Assembly: GCF_000142905.1 (NCBI RefSeq)
Contig: NW_013657629.1
Coordinates: forward strand, 186,001-250,000
DNA: 64,000 bases
From: Thecamonas trahens ATCC 50062
Taxonomy: Eukaryota > Protista > Apusomonadida
Reading direction: 5' to 3'
Every line of letters starts with the position of its first letter. Within the stretch, counting starts at the first letter, position 1. Below the pieces are notes generated by a model. That model saw only the letters and a list, made by a program, of their open reading frames with translations, was not told the DNA's origin and made no database searches. A program made the translations under genes and the position numbers. Positions 28,621-40,574 of this stretch are shown in pieces.

Positions 28621-31600
28621 ATGAAGGTCATCTCGTCGTCCGAACTGAAGAAGATCCTCACTATGAGCTACACCACGGTGCCGGACAAGTTTGCTCTGGT
28701 CGCCTCCATCTCGGCTGGACAGACCTCGGTGGCCATGCCCGGCCTCACCAACTACCTCCTCAATTGGGCTGTGACTGGCTTGGCAAAGTCATGCAAAGCG
28801 GCGCGGAAGAAAAAAGTGACTTCGCCTGAAAAACTAGGAAAGTCGCTCGTCCTTGACCCTTCGGCCTGGCAAGTCATCACCATCCTTGCCCGCAAGGCTC
28901 TTGCCGATCCTTCAGCTGCTCCGGCTGCTCTCGACGAGCTCTGCCGCTCGGCGCTCTGGGTCATGTCCTTTGTCCTGCAGCTTGCTGGGCCCTCGTGGGT
29001 CCCGCGCCTCCGCCCGCTTGCGGACCTCCTTGCCTCGCAGGCCATGCCGCTTGATCGCCGCTTTGAGGTTATCTCGGGCCTCGCCACCGTCGTCGCCAAC
29101 CATCCTGCTGATGCTCCGGCGGCTGACTGGCTCGCCTCTGCCATCGAGCGGACTGCTTCGGTTGCTGCCGAGTACAACGTCCAGCGCAAGGTCTTCGTCG
29201 CCGTTGTCGAACTCCTGCCCAAGCTCGTCGACGTTGTCGTCGCCGCAACCTCGCGCCCGCACCTCATCGCCGCCATCCGCACTCTCCTCCGCATAGCCCT
29301 CTTCCACCACGACCACCTGCCGGACTTCCAGCTCGCGTTCACCAATCCGCCATCCATTCTCAGCACCGAGTCGTCCGGCTCCAAGCGCAAGGCCCGCTCC
29401 GCTGACACCGACGCCAACGGGAACGACGACGCCAAGCCGACTGCGCCCAAGCGCCGCCGCGGCGCCAGCGCCCGCGTCTATGAGGGCGACGACAAGACCT
29501 CGTTCCAGCGCGAGCTCTTTGCCGTCCTCTCCAAGCTCCTCGCTGCCGATGCCACCCGGTCCGCCGCCCTCGAGCTCTGCACCTGGTTTATGTCCGACTA
29601 CGCCCTTGCTCTCCTCCTCGAGTACTCGCACGGCTCGTCACGCGGACTCTCCACCTCGACTGCCCTCAGCCGTTTCTCGTCCAAGGTCAAGGTCTCGGCC
29701 GCCATGGCCGATCCCATCGCCGCCGCGTCGGCCGCCGTCGCCTCGTCGGCCCGCGCCTCGGTCGCCGCCGCCGCCGCGTCGGCCGCCGCCGTCGCCGATC
29801 CGGCCAACGCCGGCGTCCCCATCGCCGCCCTCATCGCCATGGTCCAGCCCAAGCAGCGGGTCTCCATCCGCAAGGCACACTTTTCGTTCCTCAGCGAGCT
29901 CCTGCACGCCATTGCTGTCTCGACTCCGGCTGACCACCCCAAGCTCTGGCCCACCGTCGTCGCCATCCTCGCCACTCTCGTCGACTACGACATCTACTCG
30001 CGCGTCTCCATCACCCGCACTACCCAGACCAAGTTCATGGCGTCCGTCGTCGAGTACGCCGCAGCCGCCGTCACCCGCGCGCCGTCGTCGGACGATGCCT
30101 CCGGCCCCTTTGCTGTTCTTGCCCTCCTCCTCGACGTCTCGTACTCGCTCGTCGAGCCGGCCATCCCCACCGCGCTTCCCATCGCATGCGCCGACCTTGC
30201 CGTCCTCGACGCCTCTGCGCCGCAGATCCGCTTCCTTCTCGGCGTTCTCGGCGTCTACGCCGGTCTCTCGCAGCTCCCGTCCTTTATCGAGTACGTTGCT
30301 GCTGCGCTCGCCGCCGCTACGACGAGCTCGTCGTCGAGCTCGGCCCGTCAGGCGCCGCCGACCTACACCGGATGGAAAACGGTGCTCGGCGAGTTCCAGT
30401 CGGCCACCACCAAGCTGGTCATTGGCTCGCACCTCATGTCGATCTGGTCGGCGCTTGAGACCGCACTTGACGCCGCCGCCGACGCGCCGACGCCTGCCCC
30501 GTTCTGCACCCTCGCCTCGCTCGCCGCCGCCTTCATCACCGGCATCCGCATGACTGGCCCGCGGGTGAACAAGGTCGCCGACCTTGCGCGCACCTTTGCC
30601 ACCTCTGTTCTCCGCCCGCACCTGGTCGCCTCGGGCTGCTCGGCTACCGAGGCCCGTGCTGCTGCCGCCGCCTCGGTCTACGCCGCCATCCGCGGCCTCC
30701 TCCGCCGTGCCCGCGACGCCACCCGCGCCGCCTTTGACGCCGTCTCTCTCGACAATGACCTTGTCTGGCTCGCTCCGTGGATGGAGGCATCCGTTGCCGC
30801 TACCACACCGGGCAAGCTGCCGTTTGCCGCCGCCGCTGGCAGCATCAACCCGTACGCCACCTACCTTCTCGCCCGCGTCGAGATTGCTCACATCATGAGC
30901 CTCCACGACGCCTACACGCTGGCCGTCAACTCGGTCGGGACCATCATGACCCACACCACCATCGCCGAGAACGACGCCAGTACCGACGCTGCCGCCGTAG
31001 ACGTCGAGAAGGCTTCGGACGCCCTTGCCGCCGCTATCAACCGCATCGACCTGCCAAGCCTCAAGGCCGAGCTTACCGCGGCTGTCGCCCGAGTCGCCTC
31101 CGTCGTGCCGCGTCTCGACGCTGCTGCTGTGAGCAGCTACGGAGTCTGGCACGGCTGCGAGCTTGCGCTCCTGAGCGACGACGGAGCGAGCAAGGCGTCG
31201 ACGTCGACGGTCCTCATTGTCGGCATCTGGCAGCTCATCACCTCGCACATCGACATTCTCTCGGTCTACGCCTCAGACGCACTTTTGCTCCAGTGGGCCG
31301 AGAGTCTGCTGCACGGGGGAGCTGCAGACGCGGGTGCCGCGGCCGATGGCGGCGTCACCGTCGCGTCCATCTCGCGCGCGCTCCTCGCTCACGAGGGCCT
31401 GGCGGAGATCCGGCCGCTGCGCGCGCCCATGGCTGCTGCCTTTGTGGCGGCGGTCTCCTCAGCCGGTGGACACCCCGCGGCACGGGCTCTGGCCAAGGCC
31501 ACGGCCAAGGTTGGATCGTCCAAGTTTGTGGCCACCGTCAAGCGGGCGATGGATGCAACGGCGGATGTCGCCAAGCTGCCGGCCGTGACCTCGGCCATGC

Positions 31601-33579
31601 TTGCCATTGCTGCTGCCTGGCCGGCCCGCTATCTCTCAAGTAGTCTGGCCGGTGCGCCTGGTGCAGACGAGTGGCTTGCCATTCTGGCTTCGCTCCTGCC
31701 TGCGGCGACGGAGGCGGGCGCCGCAGCGACGCTCACGGTCCTCATCGATCAACTGGCGTCGCCGTCGGCCGAGCTGACAGCTGTCCTGACGCCCGAGACC
31801 GTGGCCAGCCTCCCAGCGGCGACCTGGATGCATCTGCTCCCGGTCTTGGCGAAGGCAGCGGTGGCGGAGATGGTGGCGACGGAAGGGTCACAGCCGGGCC
31901 GGCCCACACTCCACCCGTGGCTGGCGAGCCTTGTGGCAAGCGACGGCCCCGTGGCCGCTGCCGCGGCGGAGCCAGAGTTTGTGGCTGCCGCTGTGGCGAG
32001 CTTGTGCTCGGTGACGGCGGCGATGTTCCCGTCGCGGGCGCGCAAGCTCTCCAAGCTCAATCTGCCGTTTGCTGTCCTTGCGCCTCTCGTCAAGGCGTTG
32101 CTGGCGCTTCCTGCATCGCCGCGGCCTGCGTCGTACGCTAGCGCGCTCACGGCGTTTATGCAGATGGAGGTGGCTGTGTCTTTCGAGCTGCACTTTGTGG
32201 AGCGGGCGCAGCTCGCGGCGGCGCTTGTCTCGGAGTTCCGCGGCGCGCTGACGTCTGCGGCCCGGCGAGCGGGAGAGAGTGGACGGATGGTCAAGGATGC
32301 TCAGCTCGAGCACGTGTGTGCGTTTGTGAGCTACGCGACGAGCCGCGGGCTCCGCGACGATGGGCTTGCCGAGTTGCTGCTTGGCGCGCTTGGCGCGCAG
32401 CTCCCGCTGCCGGACGGGACGACAGCCAAGTCAACGCTTGCGGCGGTGGTCATTGCGTACGTGGTCTCGCTCCTTGCGGCTGGCGATCTGCGGCTGGCGG
32501 TGGTGGTGCCGACGGCGCTGGACGTGGCGACCGAGGTTGAGCTTGTGGTCCTCTCGTCGCTCTCGAGCCTTGTACAGGCGGCGCTTACGCCCGAGGGCGT
32601 GGGACTGCGGATGATGCTCGAGCAGACCATTGTGCACGAGGCCGGCATGGCGTCGGCGCTGGAGCTGGGCGTCGGCGCGCGAGCGCGGCGGCTGGGCGCG
32701 GCGATTGTACTCGGCACCATGGTGTACACCCCGGTGCTGCAAAACGCGCTCGTCGGCGCCTCGCGGTTCTGCAAGATCGGCAAGGTGAACTACAAGGCGC
32801 TCGAATTGCTCGCGGCGATCCAGGCATCGCTGAGCGAGCTGGCGATTCGGACTGAGGGCGCGAGCGAGGGCGAGCTCGAGTCGGTGGCCATGGCGGCGTG
32901 CGGCGGGCTGCGGCTTGCGACGGCACTCGCCAGCGACGCCGGGACGCCGATTGCGCCGAGTTCCGGGTCGCTGCTGCTGGGCGTGTCGTCGGCGGCGCTG
33001 AAGCTGCTGCCGGCGGCGGTGCTCGACGGGGCGAACGGGATGAAGCTGGCGTCGCAGGCGCCACTCACGCGCGGACAAGTCGATGTCCTGGGCGCGGTCA
33101 TGGCGCTGGTCTCGAGCATGCTGCGGTCGCGTGAGAAGGCAACGGTCTCGCTCATGGGCGGCGTGGTGGGCGTGGTGCGGACGGTGGTCCGCGGCGTGTT
33201 TACGGCGGCGCATGCCAACGGCGACAGGGCCACGGTCATGCTCGGCGTGGTGCACCAGTTTGCGCGGATGTGCAGCGACCTCGGGCGGCTCAACGAGGCC
33301 ATCAAGCCGTTCCTGGCTCTCATTGTGCCGCTCTACGTCGACCTTGTGGCCATGGCGCCGCTCCCGCCGTTCGCGGTGGCCGACGTCGAGTACGGCATCT
33401 TTGAGCTGTTCAACTGCGCCGGCGAGGACGAGCGGACCGCCATGTTTGCGGCGCTCGGCGGCAAGATGACCCGCGGCGCGCGCGGCAAGACCGGCGACGA
33501 CCTTGCATCGTCGACCAAGGACACGTTCCGGGCACTGCTCAAGAAGTTCCGGGTGTGGTACAAGCAGACCGGCCAGTGA
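28621..33579 (+). CDS. URB2: Nucleolar pre-ribosomal-associated protein URB2/Npa2-like
   Basis: About 1650-aa helical protein. C-terminus FARMCSDL...LIVPLYV...VEYGIFELFNCAGEDERTAMFAAL...KDTFRALLKKFRVWYKQTGQ matches the recalled Urb2 C-terminal pattern. Confidence 0.68.
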   Translation: MKVISSSELKKILTMSYTTVPDKFALVASISAGQTSVAMPGLTNYLLNWAVTGLAKSCKAARKKKVTSPEKLGKSLVLDPSAWQVITILARKALADPSAAPAALDELCRSALWVMSFVLQLAGPSWVPRLRPLADLLASQAMPLDRRFEVISGLATVVANHPADAPAADWLASAIERTASVAAEYNVQRKVFVAVVELLPKLVDVVVAATSRPHLIAAIRTLLRIALFHHDHLPDFQLAFTNPPSILSTESSGSKRKARSADTDANGNDDAKPTAPKRRRGASARVYEGDDKTSFQRELFAVLSKLLAADATRSAALELCTWFMSDYALALLLEYSHGSSRGLSTSTALSRFSSKVKVSAAMADPIAAASAAVASSARASVAAAAASAAAVADPANAGVPIAALIAMVQPKQRVSIRKAHFSFLSELLHAIAVSTPADHPKLWPTVVAILATLVDYDIYSRVSITRTTQTKFMASVVEYAAAAVTRAPSSDDASGPFAVLALLLDVSYSLVEPAIPTALPIACADLAVLDASAPQIRFLLGVLGVYAGLSQLPSFIEYVAAALAAATTSSSSSSARQAPPTYTGWKTVLGEFQSATTKLVIGSHLMSIWSALETALDAAADAPTPAPFCTLASLAAAFITGIRMTGPRVNKVADLARTFATSVLRPHLVASGCSATEARAAAAASVYAAIRGLLRRARDATRAAFDAVSLDNDLVWLAPWMEASVAATTPGKLPFAAAAGSINPYATYLLARVEIAHIMSLHDAYTLAVNSVGTIMTHTTIAENDASTDAAAVDVEKASDALAAAINRIDLPSLKAELTAAVARVASVVPRLDAAAVSSYGVWHGCELALLSDDGASKASTSTVLIVGIWQLITSHIDILSVYASDALLLQWAESLLHGGAADAGAAADGGVTVASISRALLAHEGLAEIRPLRAPMAAAFVAAVSSAGGHPAARALAKATAKVGSSKFVATVKRAMDATADVAKLPAVTSAMLAIAAAWPARYLSSSLAGAPGADEWLAILASLLPAATEAGAAATLTVLIDQLASPSAELTAVLTPETVASLPAATWMHLLPVLAKAAVAEMVATEGSQPGRPTLHPWLASLVASDGPVAAAAAEPEFVAAAVASLCSVTAAMFPSRARKLSKLNLPFAVLAPLVKALLALPASPRPASYASALTAFMQMEVAVSFELHFVERAQLAAALVSEFRGALTSAARRAGESGRMVKDAQLEHVCAFVSYATSRGLRDDGLAELLLGALGAQLPLPDGTTAKSTLAAVVIAYVVSLLAAGDLRLAVVVPTALDVATEVELVVLSSLSSLVQAALTPEGVGLRMMLEQTIVHEAGMASALELGVGARARRLGAAIVLGTMVYTPVLQNALVGASRFCKIGKVNYKALELLAAIQASLSELAIRTEGASEGELESVAMAACGGLRLATALASDAGTPIAPSSGSLLLGVSSAALKLLPAAVLDGANGMKLASQAPLTRGQVDVLGAVMALVSSMLRSREKATVSLMGGVVGVVRTVVRGVFTAAHANGDRATVMLGVVHQFARMCSDLGRLNEAIKPFLALIVPLYVDLVAMAPLPPFAVADVEYGIFELFNCAGEDERTAMFAALGGKMTRGARGKTGDDLASSTKDTFRALLKKFRVWYKQTGQ

Positions 33580-33641
33580 CGAGCCTGTCGGCAGAGGCGC
33601 GATAAACAGCGCAAAGCAGCGGAGAGGGCTGCCGCAGAGGC

Positions 33642-33667
33642 TTATCGCTTCTTGGGTGGTGACGAGA

Positions 33668-33706
<39 letters not shown>

Positions 33707-35155
33707 GGATGCGTTTGCCGTTGGCGTTGATGGCGTTGGGAGGAGATGGACCGAGGAGGGCAGCAGTCGGCTTGAGGTACAGCACGTCGGAGCGGATGAT
33801 GTACTTTGTGCCGGCGAGGACCTCGGAGCCTTCGTGGACGAGCGCGCCTGCGGTATCGCCGTGCGGGAAGAAGAGCGCGGCGCCGATGCGCGGGACAACG
33901 CCGCGAGCCGAGACGACGCCCTCGGAACGCGACGGGCCAAAGAACGTGGTCGAGCCGCCGGTAAAGCCCTCGTTGAGGTAAAAACGGCGGTGAGGCGCGA
34001 CCAGCGGTCGCCGTAGGCGTCAAAGACGTACTTGCCGTCGACGAGGCCCGAGCCCGGCCATGCGCCGTCGACGTGTGGCCGGTAGACGGCGCCGGCCTCG
34101 TAGCGGTAGACGCGGAGGCGGGCGTTGAGGCCGACGAGGTTGCCGCCGCCAAGATGGGGCGGCAGGAAAGGGGCGACACGGGTGTAGAGCGCGTCCATCA
34201 GCTGGTCCGAGCCGAGCCAGACGACGCCTGCGGCAGCGCGGCCTTGGATCTCGGAGTTCTCGGGAGTGACAGCGTACTCGGCGTCGGGCACAAAAGCCAT
34301 TGCCTCTGCGGCGCCGACGATGGCAGCGCACTCTGACGGCGCGAGGGCGTGGGTGACGACAAAGGCGCCATCGACAAACGGCAGGTCGAGACGAGCCGAC
34401 GGAGCGAGGTCGGGCGGGCGGATGGCGGCGACGATGACGGCGTCAGTGGAGTAGATGGAGAGCTCACGCATGCCCTTCCACCGGGCCTCCTTGGCGACGA
34501 CGGTGAGGCTCTCTGGCGGGAGCAGCGGACCGGTGGCGGCGTCGGCGGTGTCTGTCTTTCCGCCCTGCACCGGCAGCGGGGCCCACGGCTCGTAGATCTG
34601 CAGATGGCCGTCGCCGGCGGTGCGAGCCACGGGCGCGCCAGCGGGATCAAACGGCAGCTGGCCGGCGGTGCGGAGGATGGCGTCGAGGACGATCCAATTG
34701 AGACCGTCGACACCGCCGCGGGCGGCGCCGGCAAAGTCAGCCTCGCGGACCCATCGCTGGAGGGTGCCGAGCTTGGGGACGGTGAGGGCGCGAGCGGCGG
34801 CCATGGCATCGATGGCAGCGGCATAGTCGCCGGACCGGAGAGCATCCGATGTCTTCTAGACCCACTTGCGACCGCCAGGAAGAGCAGATGCGGCCAGTTT
34901 TCCATCCCCGGATAGCTTGGCCGCCAGCGCAAATACGCCCGCTCGGAGTGCTCGGAGCTGCGGCCCGCGGAGGTCAGAGACCGGCGCCGCCGCCAGAGCA
35001 TGGACCACGGCGGCAGCGGCATCGACCTGGGCCGCCGGAGGGAGGGAGCTTGACGCTCCGTTGGACGATCCAGAGCCGCTGTACACCTCGCTCGAGCGGT
35101 GCGCCATAGCAGCAGCCAGGCGCTTGGCCTTGCGGCGCTTCCCGAGCTTGCCCAT
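33642..35155 (-). CDS. 2OG-Fe(II) dioxygenase (P4H-like); interrupted by an in-frame TAG (34856-34858) and a frameshift near 33982
   Basis: PKLGTLQRWVREAD and GLNARLRVYRYEAGAVYRPHVDGAWP (HxD). After adding one T: VFYLNEGFTGGSTTFF...FFPHGD...LVHEGSEV...KYIIRSDVLY, ending TAA at 33642. Confidence 0.8.
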
Positions 35156-35786
35156 GGTGCAGGGTGTGGTGAGGTGACCGACGGATGGGCTCATTGCTCA
35201 TTGACTCGAATGGCGAACGTGGGTTGGAGCACGGGGAATCGGCAGGTCGGCCTGATGGGGGGATGGCGGAGTCTAACTGCCTCTATCAATGAAGAGAGAG
35301 GATGCATAGCATGTGGTCTGGTGGGTGGATGGTCGGGGGCACCGGCGTGGGGCGTATCCCGATGGAGATGGGGGGGGAAAAGCAAAGGCGGGACGGAACG
35401 AGCTGAAAAATGAGAGATCAGTGGAAAAAAGGCATCGGGCGATGGGTCGAGGTTGGCCATGTGCTGCAGACATGATGATCGACTGGGTGTACAACTGCAG
35501 GGCGGGATGGGGTTTGGCAACGTTTGATCTGTTCCACTTGCTGCTCTGCTCTTCTCTGCTTAGATTGTGCATCATCCAGCACTGGTCACATCGGTGCGAC
35601 CGAGATCAAGCTCTAATCCAACGTCGAGCACGTGATCTACAGAGACGATGGTGTGTGCATGATGACGGACGACGGACAGCGACAGACAGTCTGAGATGAG
35701 TGCCGTCCTCAACTCGGCATCACATGGGCGACCACGGTACGATGCAATGAGGACGTGATACGAGGTAGTCGGCCGGCTTGGCTGGA

Positions 35787-36095
35787 CTAGCGGATCTTCT
35801 TCTCGTCTCGCCGTGCAGCGGCAGCCATTTCAGAGCGAAGGCCAACAATCCAGTACAACTAGAGATGCACGTGCGCGGGCGGCAGGCGGTTGTGGCGGTG
35901 AGTTAGGAAGCGAGCGTACGCATCCGGTCGGAGCTGACCGGCTGACCAGTCCGCTCGACTGCCAAGCCGAGCAGACAGCCTCCCTCGCCCCTCCCTCCCC
36001 CCCCCCTCCTCTTCCTTGCCTCGAGCACGTACCACCGCCGCAATGTGGACTACCACAATGCCTCCAATGATTGTCCAGAGCGTGTCGAGGTCCAT
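35787..36095 (-). CDS. Spliced 44-aa single-pass membrane microprotein; exons 36095-36033 and 35858-35787
   Basis: MDLDTLWTIIGGIVVVHIAAV|LYWIVGLRSEMAAAARRDEKKIR*. Phase-0 intron with GTACGT donor, CTAAC branch and TAG acceptor. Confidence 0.75.
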
Positions 36096-36177
36096 AGCCA
36101 CGAGCCGAGCCGAGTCGAGTGCGGAGAGGGATCGAGGACGATAATGGTATGAATGGTGACAATGGCCATGGCGATGA

Positions 36178-36229
36178 CCACCACCACCACCACCACCACC
36201 ACCACCACCACCACCACCACCACCACCAC
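36178..36229. repeat. (CCA)n trinucleotide repeat
   Basis: Perfect CCA run in the divergent intergenic region. Confidence 0.97.
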
Positions 36230-36444
36230 CCAATATCCATCACTATTGTCCTATGCCACCATCCACGTCTGCCTTCTCTCTGTTCCCGATCATGCTCCCC
36301 CCTCCTGTACCATCCTGTCCTTCAGCTGCAAAACATTTTTTTGCCATCACCCCCCACCCGCCACCCCCCCCCTCCGGCCGACGGTTGGTTGCGCGCCAAA
36401 CGCATCAAAGGCCAGACAGCGGCGGGCAGTGGGCTAGGGCGGGT

Positions 36445-39400
36445 ATGGGCAACACCTCACGCCATCAGCAGGGCAAAGGAGGGATGGAGGCATGGGGAGA
36501 AAGTAGCGGGAATGTGGGCGGACGTGGGTATCGGTCGGGACAGCCGACGCCGGGATACGTGGACGAGTTGGAGGACAAATACCTTCGGTTGAAGGAGGCC
36601 CATTTGGCTCTCAAGGCAACGGCTCATGCTCAGGAGGAGAAGATTCGCAAGATGGCGACCAAGCTCGTGCGGCTCACGTCGGATTTGAAAAAGTATCGTT
36701 CGTCGCATGCTTCTGGTCGATCTGCCCAGAGTGAGTCTGCCAATGTCTCCTTTGCTGCTGCGAGGGGTTCGGCTGCTCGCGATGTCGATGCAGAGGCTCT
36801 CATTGCCGACTTGCAGGACAACGTCCGCGAGCTCAAGCACAAGAACGAGTCGCTGGCAAAGAAGCTCATCTACTTCCGCAACCTCAACGCGGCTCCGTCC
36901 GGTGGCGCTGGCTCGGCCCGGTCGCGGTCGCGGTACGGATCAGTGTCGGCAAAGACAGACTCGGGCCTTGCCCGGTCGCGGTCGCGGTCGCGCAAGGCCG
37001 GTCTGGTGCCTGGCATGCTACCTGAGGGCCCCCGGAGCCGGACGCGGTCGCGCAAGGGAGGCATGCCGCCGCGCCCGCACTCGGTTGGCGGCGCACGGTT
37101 CAAGCGGCTCGATGGCGAGGAGAGCGGCGGCGAGGAGAGCGGCGACGACGGGTCGGGCGACCACGGGTGGACGAGAACACGGCACCGTCGTCGGACAAGA
37201 TGACTGCCGTCATCGCCTTTCTCCGCAACAAGCTCGGTGATGCCGAGTCGGCGCTCGCCAGCCTCGAGTCGCGCAACTCGGAGCTCGAGGCCGAGCTTCA
37301 GTCGACGCGCGACACACTCGAGGCGTCGGCTAACCCGCTGCACACGGCGGCATTGATGCGCAAGGAGCAGGCAGACGAGATGCAAGTTGTCCGACTCGAG
37401 GCCGTGGTCCAGTCGCTCAAGGAGCAGCTGGTGCGGTCGCAGAGCCAGGCGGCCGGCTCGGCGGCACTCCTCGAGCCGCTCAAGGCCAACCAAGCGGCGC
37501 TGATGGCGGAGAACAAGTCGCTTCACGACCAGCTCCGTGCCGAGCGGCTGCGAGCAGGACAGCTCGACTCGCTGCAGCAGCGGATTTCTGTCCTCGAGGG
37601 CGCGCTCTCCGAGGCTGAGGTCATGCTCGCCGACGAGCGCGCGGCCAAGGTGGCGTACGCTGAAGAGAACTCGCGGCTGCTCTCGTCGTCGGTCTTCACC
37701 TCGCTGCAGTCGCAGGGCGAGGCGGCGAAGCTGCTTGCCGATGCCAAGCTTGCCGCCGCGCAAGAGGCGCAGGCCTCGGCGCTCGGTGAGACAAAGGCAC
37801 TGCAGGGCCAGGTCTCGGAGCTGACTGCTGCCAACGCCGAGCTGTCGTCGCAGCTGCGCAAGGCCAAGGTCGACGGGCTCAAGCGCGAGACCGAGCTCAA
37901 GGCCATGGCGGAGCAGCTGGGCGCGTTTACGTCGTCGGGCGTCGACACTGTCGACCTGCAGCGTGCGCTCGCGCTGGTCAAGGCTAAGAAGGCCGGCGCA
38001 GGGACGCTCGGCGGCGCGTCGTCCAAGGTGCTCGACTTTCTGGCGCCGACGGCGCCGCTGGAAGACCAGGAGGAGACCAACGCCGGGCTCATCCGCGACT
38101 TGACCAAGGCCCACGAGATGCTCGAGCTGCAGATGCAGCTCAACAACGAGCTGAAGGCAACCAACGGCGAGCTGCTCGCCGACATGGCCTCGGTCCGTGC
38201 CGACTACGAGGACCAGCTCGCTACATACGCTGCGCAAATTGATGCCAAGAACGCCACCATTGCCAAGCTTGAGGACCAGCTCGCGTCGTTCCTCTACTCG
38301 GCACCGGGCAAGGTGCTCAACCGCCAACTGGAGGAGGCTGGCAGCGCGAGCCAGAACGTACCGCAGCTCCGGGACGACGAGAATCTTCTCGAGCTCCACA
38401 TCGGGCGACTCGATCTTGCGCATGGGGTCACGCTCTCACCCCCGGGCGCCGACCGCGGTACCGGGCGGGTTTTTGTCGCCTTTGACGTCTACGACTTTGA
38501 GACGATGGCGACACACCTCGCGCCGGCAGCCGCACCGGCCTTTGACTACACAGCACGGTATGTGGTCAAGGTCACGCCGGGCCTGTTTGAGTGGCTGGCG
38601 ACGGCGGCGGTGACGCTCGAGGTCTACACGGCAGCCGGGCTCGAGTACGAGCACGTCGGCTCTGCGGTGGTGCCGCTCGCTGCGCTTGCCGACGATGCGT
38701 CTGGCAAGGCAAAGCACCACGCGCTCGAGGTTACAGCGCTGAGCAGCGGCAAGGTTCTGGGCTCGCTGCGGATGTCGCTGCGGCTGCTGCGGCCGATGGC
38801 GGAGGCGCTCGCGCTCCACCAGAAGCGGCGGTCACTGATGAGCGTGCTCGACCCGGCCAAGGCCGTCCAGAGCTCTGCGGCGCAAAGCCGGATGCTTGCG
38901 CTCGCCACAGCCCGCTCCCTCGATCTCCGGGTCAATGTCCTCTCGCTCCGGCTCAACAAGGCACGTGGAAGCTCGGCGCAGCCTGTTCTCTACTACCAGC
39001 TGTTCAACACCGAGCGGACAGCGCTTCAGCTTGCAGCGCTGGCCGACGCCGACGAGCCTGGCGTCTACCGCATCGGAGAGCTCGCCGAGTTTCCGCTCAA
39101 GGCCACACCCGAGCTGCACGCCTACCTAGCCGCACGCGAGCTCGAGTTCATCCTTGTCGACGCGGCCGACCCACGGCTCTCGTCGTACATCGGGGTGGCT
39201 AGCGTTCCGCTCGCCGGCCTTGTTTCGACCGACGCCAGCGGACAGGTTATCCTTGGCTCGTACGCGCTCTACTCAAGCGAGGGCGTCGCGATCGGCGAGT
39301 TGGCGGTTGACATCCAGTGGGGCGCGCACTACGTGGCACCTCGGGAAGTGGGTGGTGCTGGCAGCAAGCATGCTGCGGGGCGGGTCCATGCGGCGCAAAA

Positions 39401-40082
39401 GGCGGTTCTTGGCGATCGGCTGGCAAGCACGCCGGACAAGGGCGTGAGCGCGGCCGCGTCGACAGTCAAGGGCCAGACCGAGGCTCGCGGCGACGACGAC
39501 GACGACGCCGACGTCCTCGACGCACCGTACTTTGACGAGGCCGATCGGTACCATCCCGAGGCTGACGCGGCGCTGGTAGCGGCTGACGACAAGGTCGTGG
39601 TCGAGGTGGGAGGCGTGAGCTTTTGCGACACGCCCGACGCGCTTGGCATTGCCGGCGAGCTCGTCCTCATGTACGCCTTCCTCGACGAGTGGGTCGAGGC
39701 GCTCCCGGTTGACTCGTCGGTCGATGCGCAGGCGCAGGCGTCGTCGTTTGCCTTTGGCCACTCGCGGGCCTTCCCGGTCCGGCCGGGCACTTCTGCGGCG
39801 GCCGAGCTCGAGGGCGAGTGCTCGCCCGAGATTCTCGGTGATCCGCAGTCTGAGTTTGGCGTCTTTGAGTTTACCCTCCTCTCGGTCACATCGCCCGAGG
39901 CACAGACGGAGATCGGCCTTGCGGTCATCCCCTTCAATGCCATCATCAATGGCGGTGACGTTCAGGACGTGGACCTCGACGTTGTCTCCATCGCCACCGA
40001 CGCACCCATCGGCACTCTCACCGTCTCTATCACCGCTGCCTCGGTCCTCCGCGGCGCCGCCAAGCGCGCCGCCTCCACCTAG
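36445..40082 (+). CDS. RPGRIP1L: Ciliary transition-zone protein RPGRIP1L/RPGRIP1 (MKS5/NPHP8)-like; frameshift near 37167; start uncertain
   Basis: N-terminal DELEDKYLRLKEAHLALK..AHAQEEKIRKMATKLVRLTSD and long coiled coils. C2 domains include ENLLELHI...FDVYDFETMAT...PAFDYTARYVVKV, followed by a C-terminal C2-like region. Confidence 0.88.
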
Positions 40083-40206
40083 CCTGTTGGCTGCAGTCAC
40101 TCCCAGCAACTGGTAGATCTCATCCCGCCCTTTGCGTAAACATCCATTCAAACGTGCGCTGCCACGCGCCACTCTTCCCCGATCGTCGTGACATGGTGGT
40201 GTCTGC

Positions 40207-40207
<1 letters not shown>

Positions 40208-40278
<71 letters not shown>
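40208..40278. repeat. (GT)n microsatellite
   Basis: Perfect GT run. Confidence 0.98.
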
Positions 40279-40279
<1 letters not shown>

Positions 40280-40351
40280 CTGGTCGGGCTGACATCGGCG
40301 ACGAGGAATGATAGCGAGTGATGACAAGACTGGGCGCAGCACCAGCACCAC

Positions 40352-40534
40352 ATGACCCGGGTCCACACGGCAGAGACCTCGTCGACGACCCCGAGCAGCA
40401 GCACGTCGGCGACATTGAGTCCTTTCGCATCGTGCGAGCGGACAGGTTCGTCGCCTTTGTCGGAGAGCATGTCGGCCAGGGAGAGCATGGACCATGCGAG
40501 TCCGAGCGATGAGCTGCTGGGTCATGGACATGAG

Positions 40535-40574
<40 letters not shown>

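Noticed and set aside
34856-34858. Genome-wide TAG reassignment
   Set aside because: TAG terminates several clearly complete genes in this window (e.g. HAL2, DUF1295, ARMC4)
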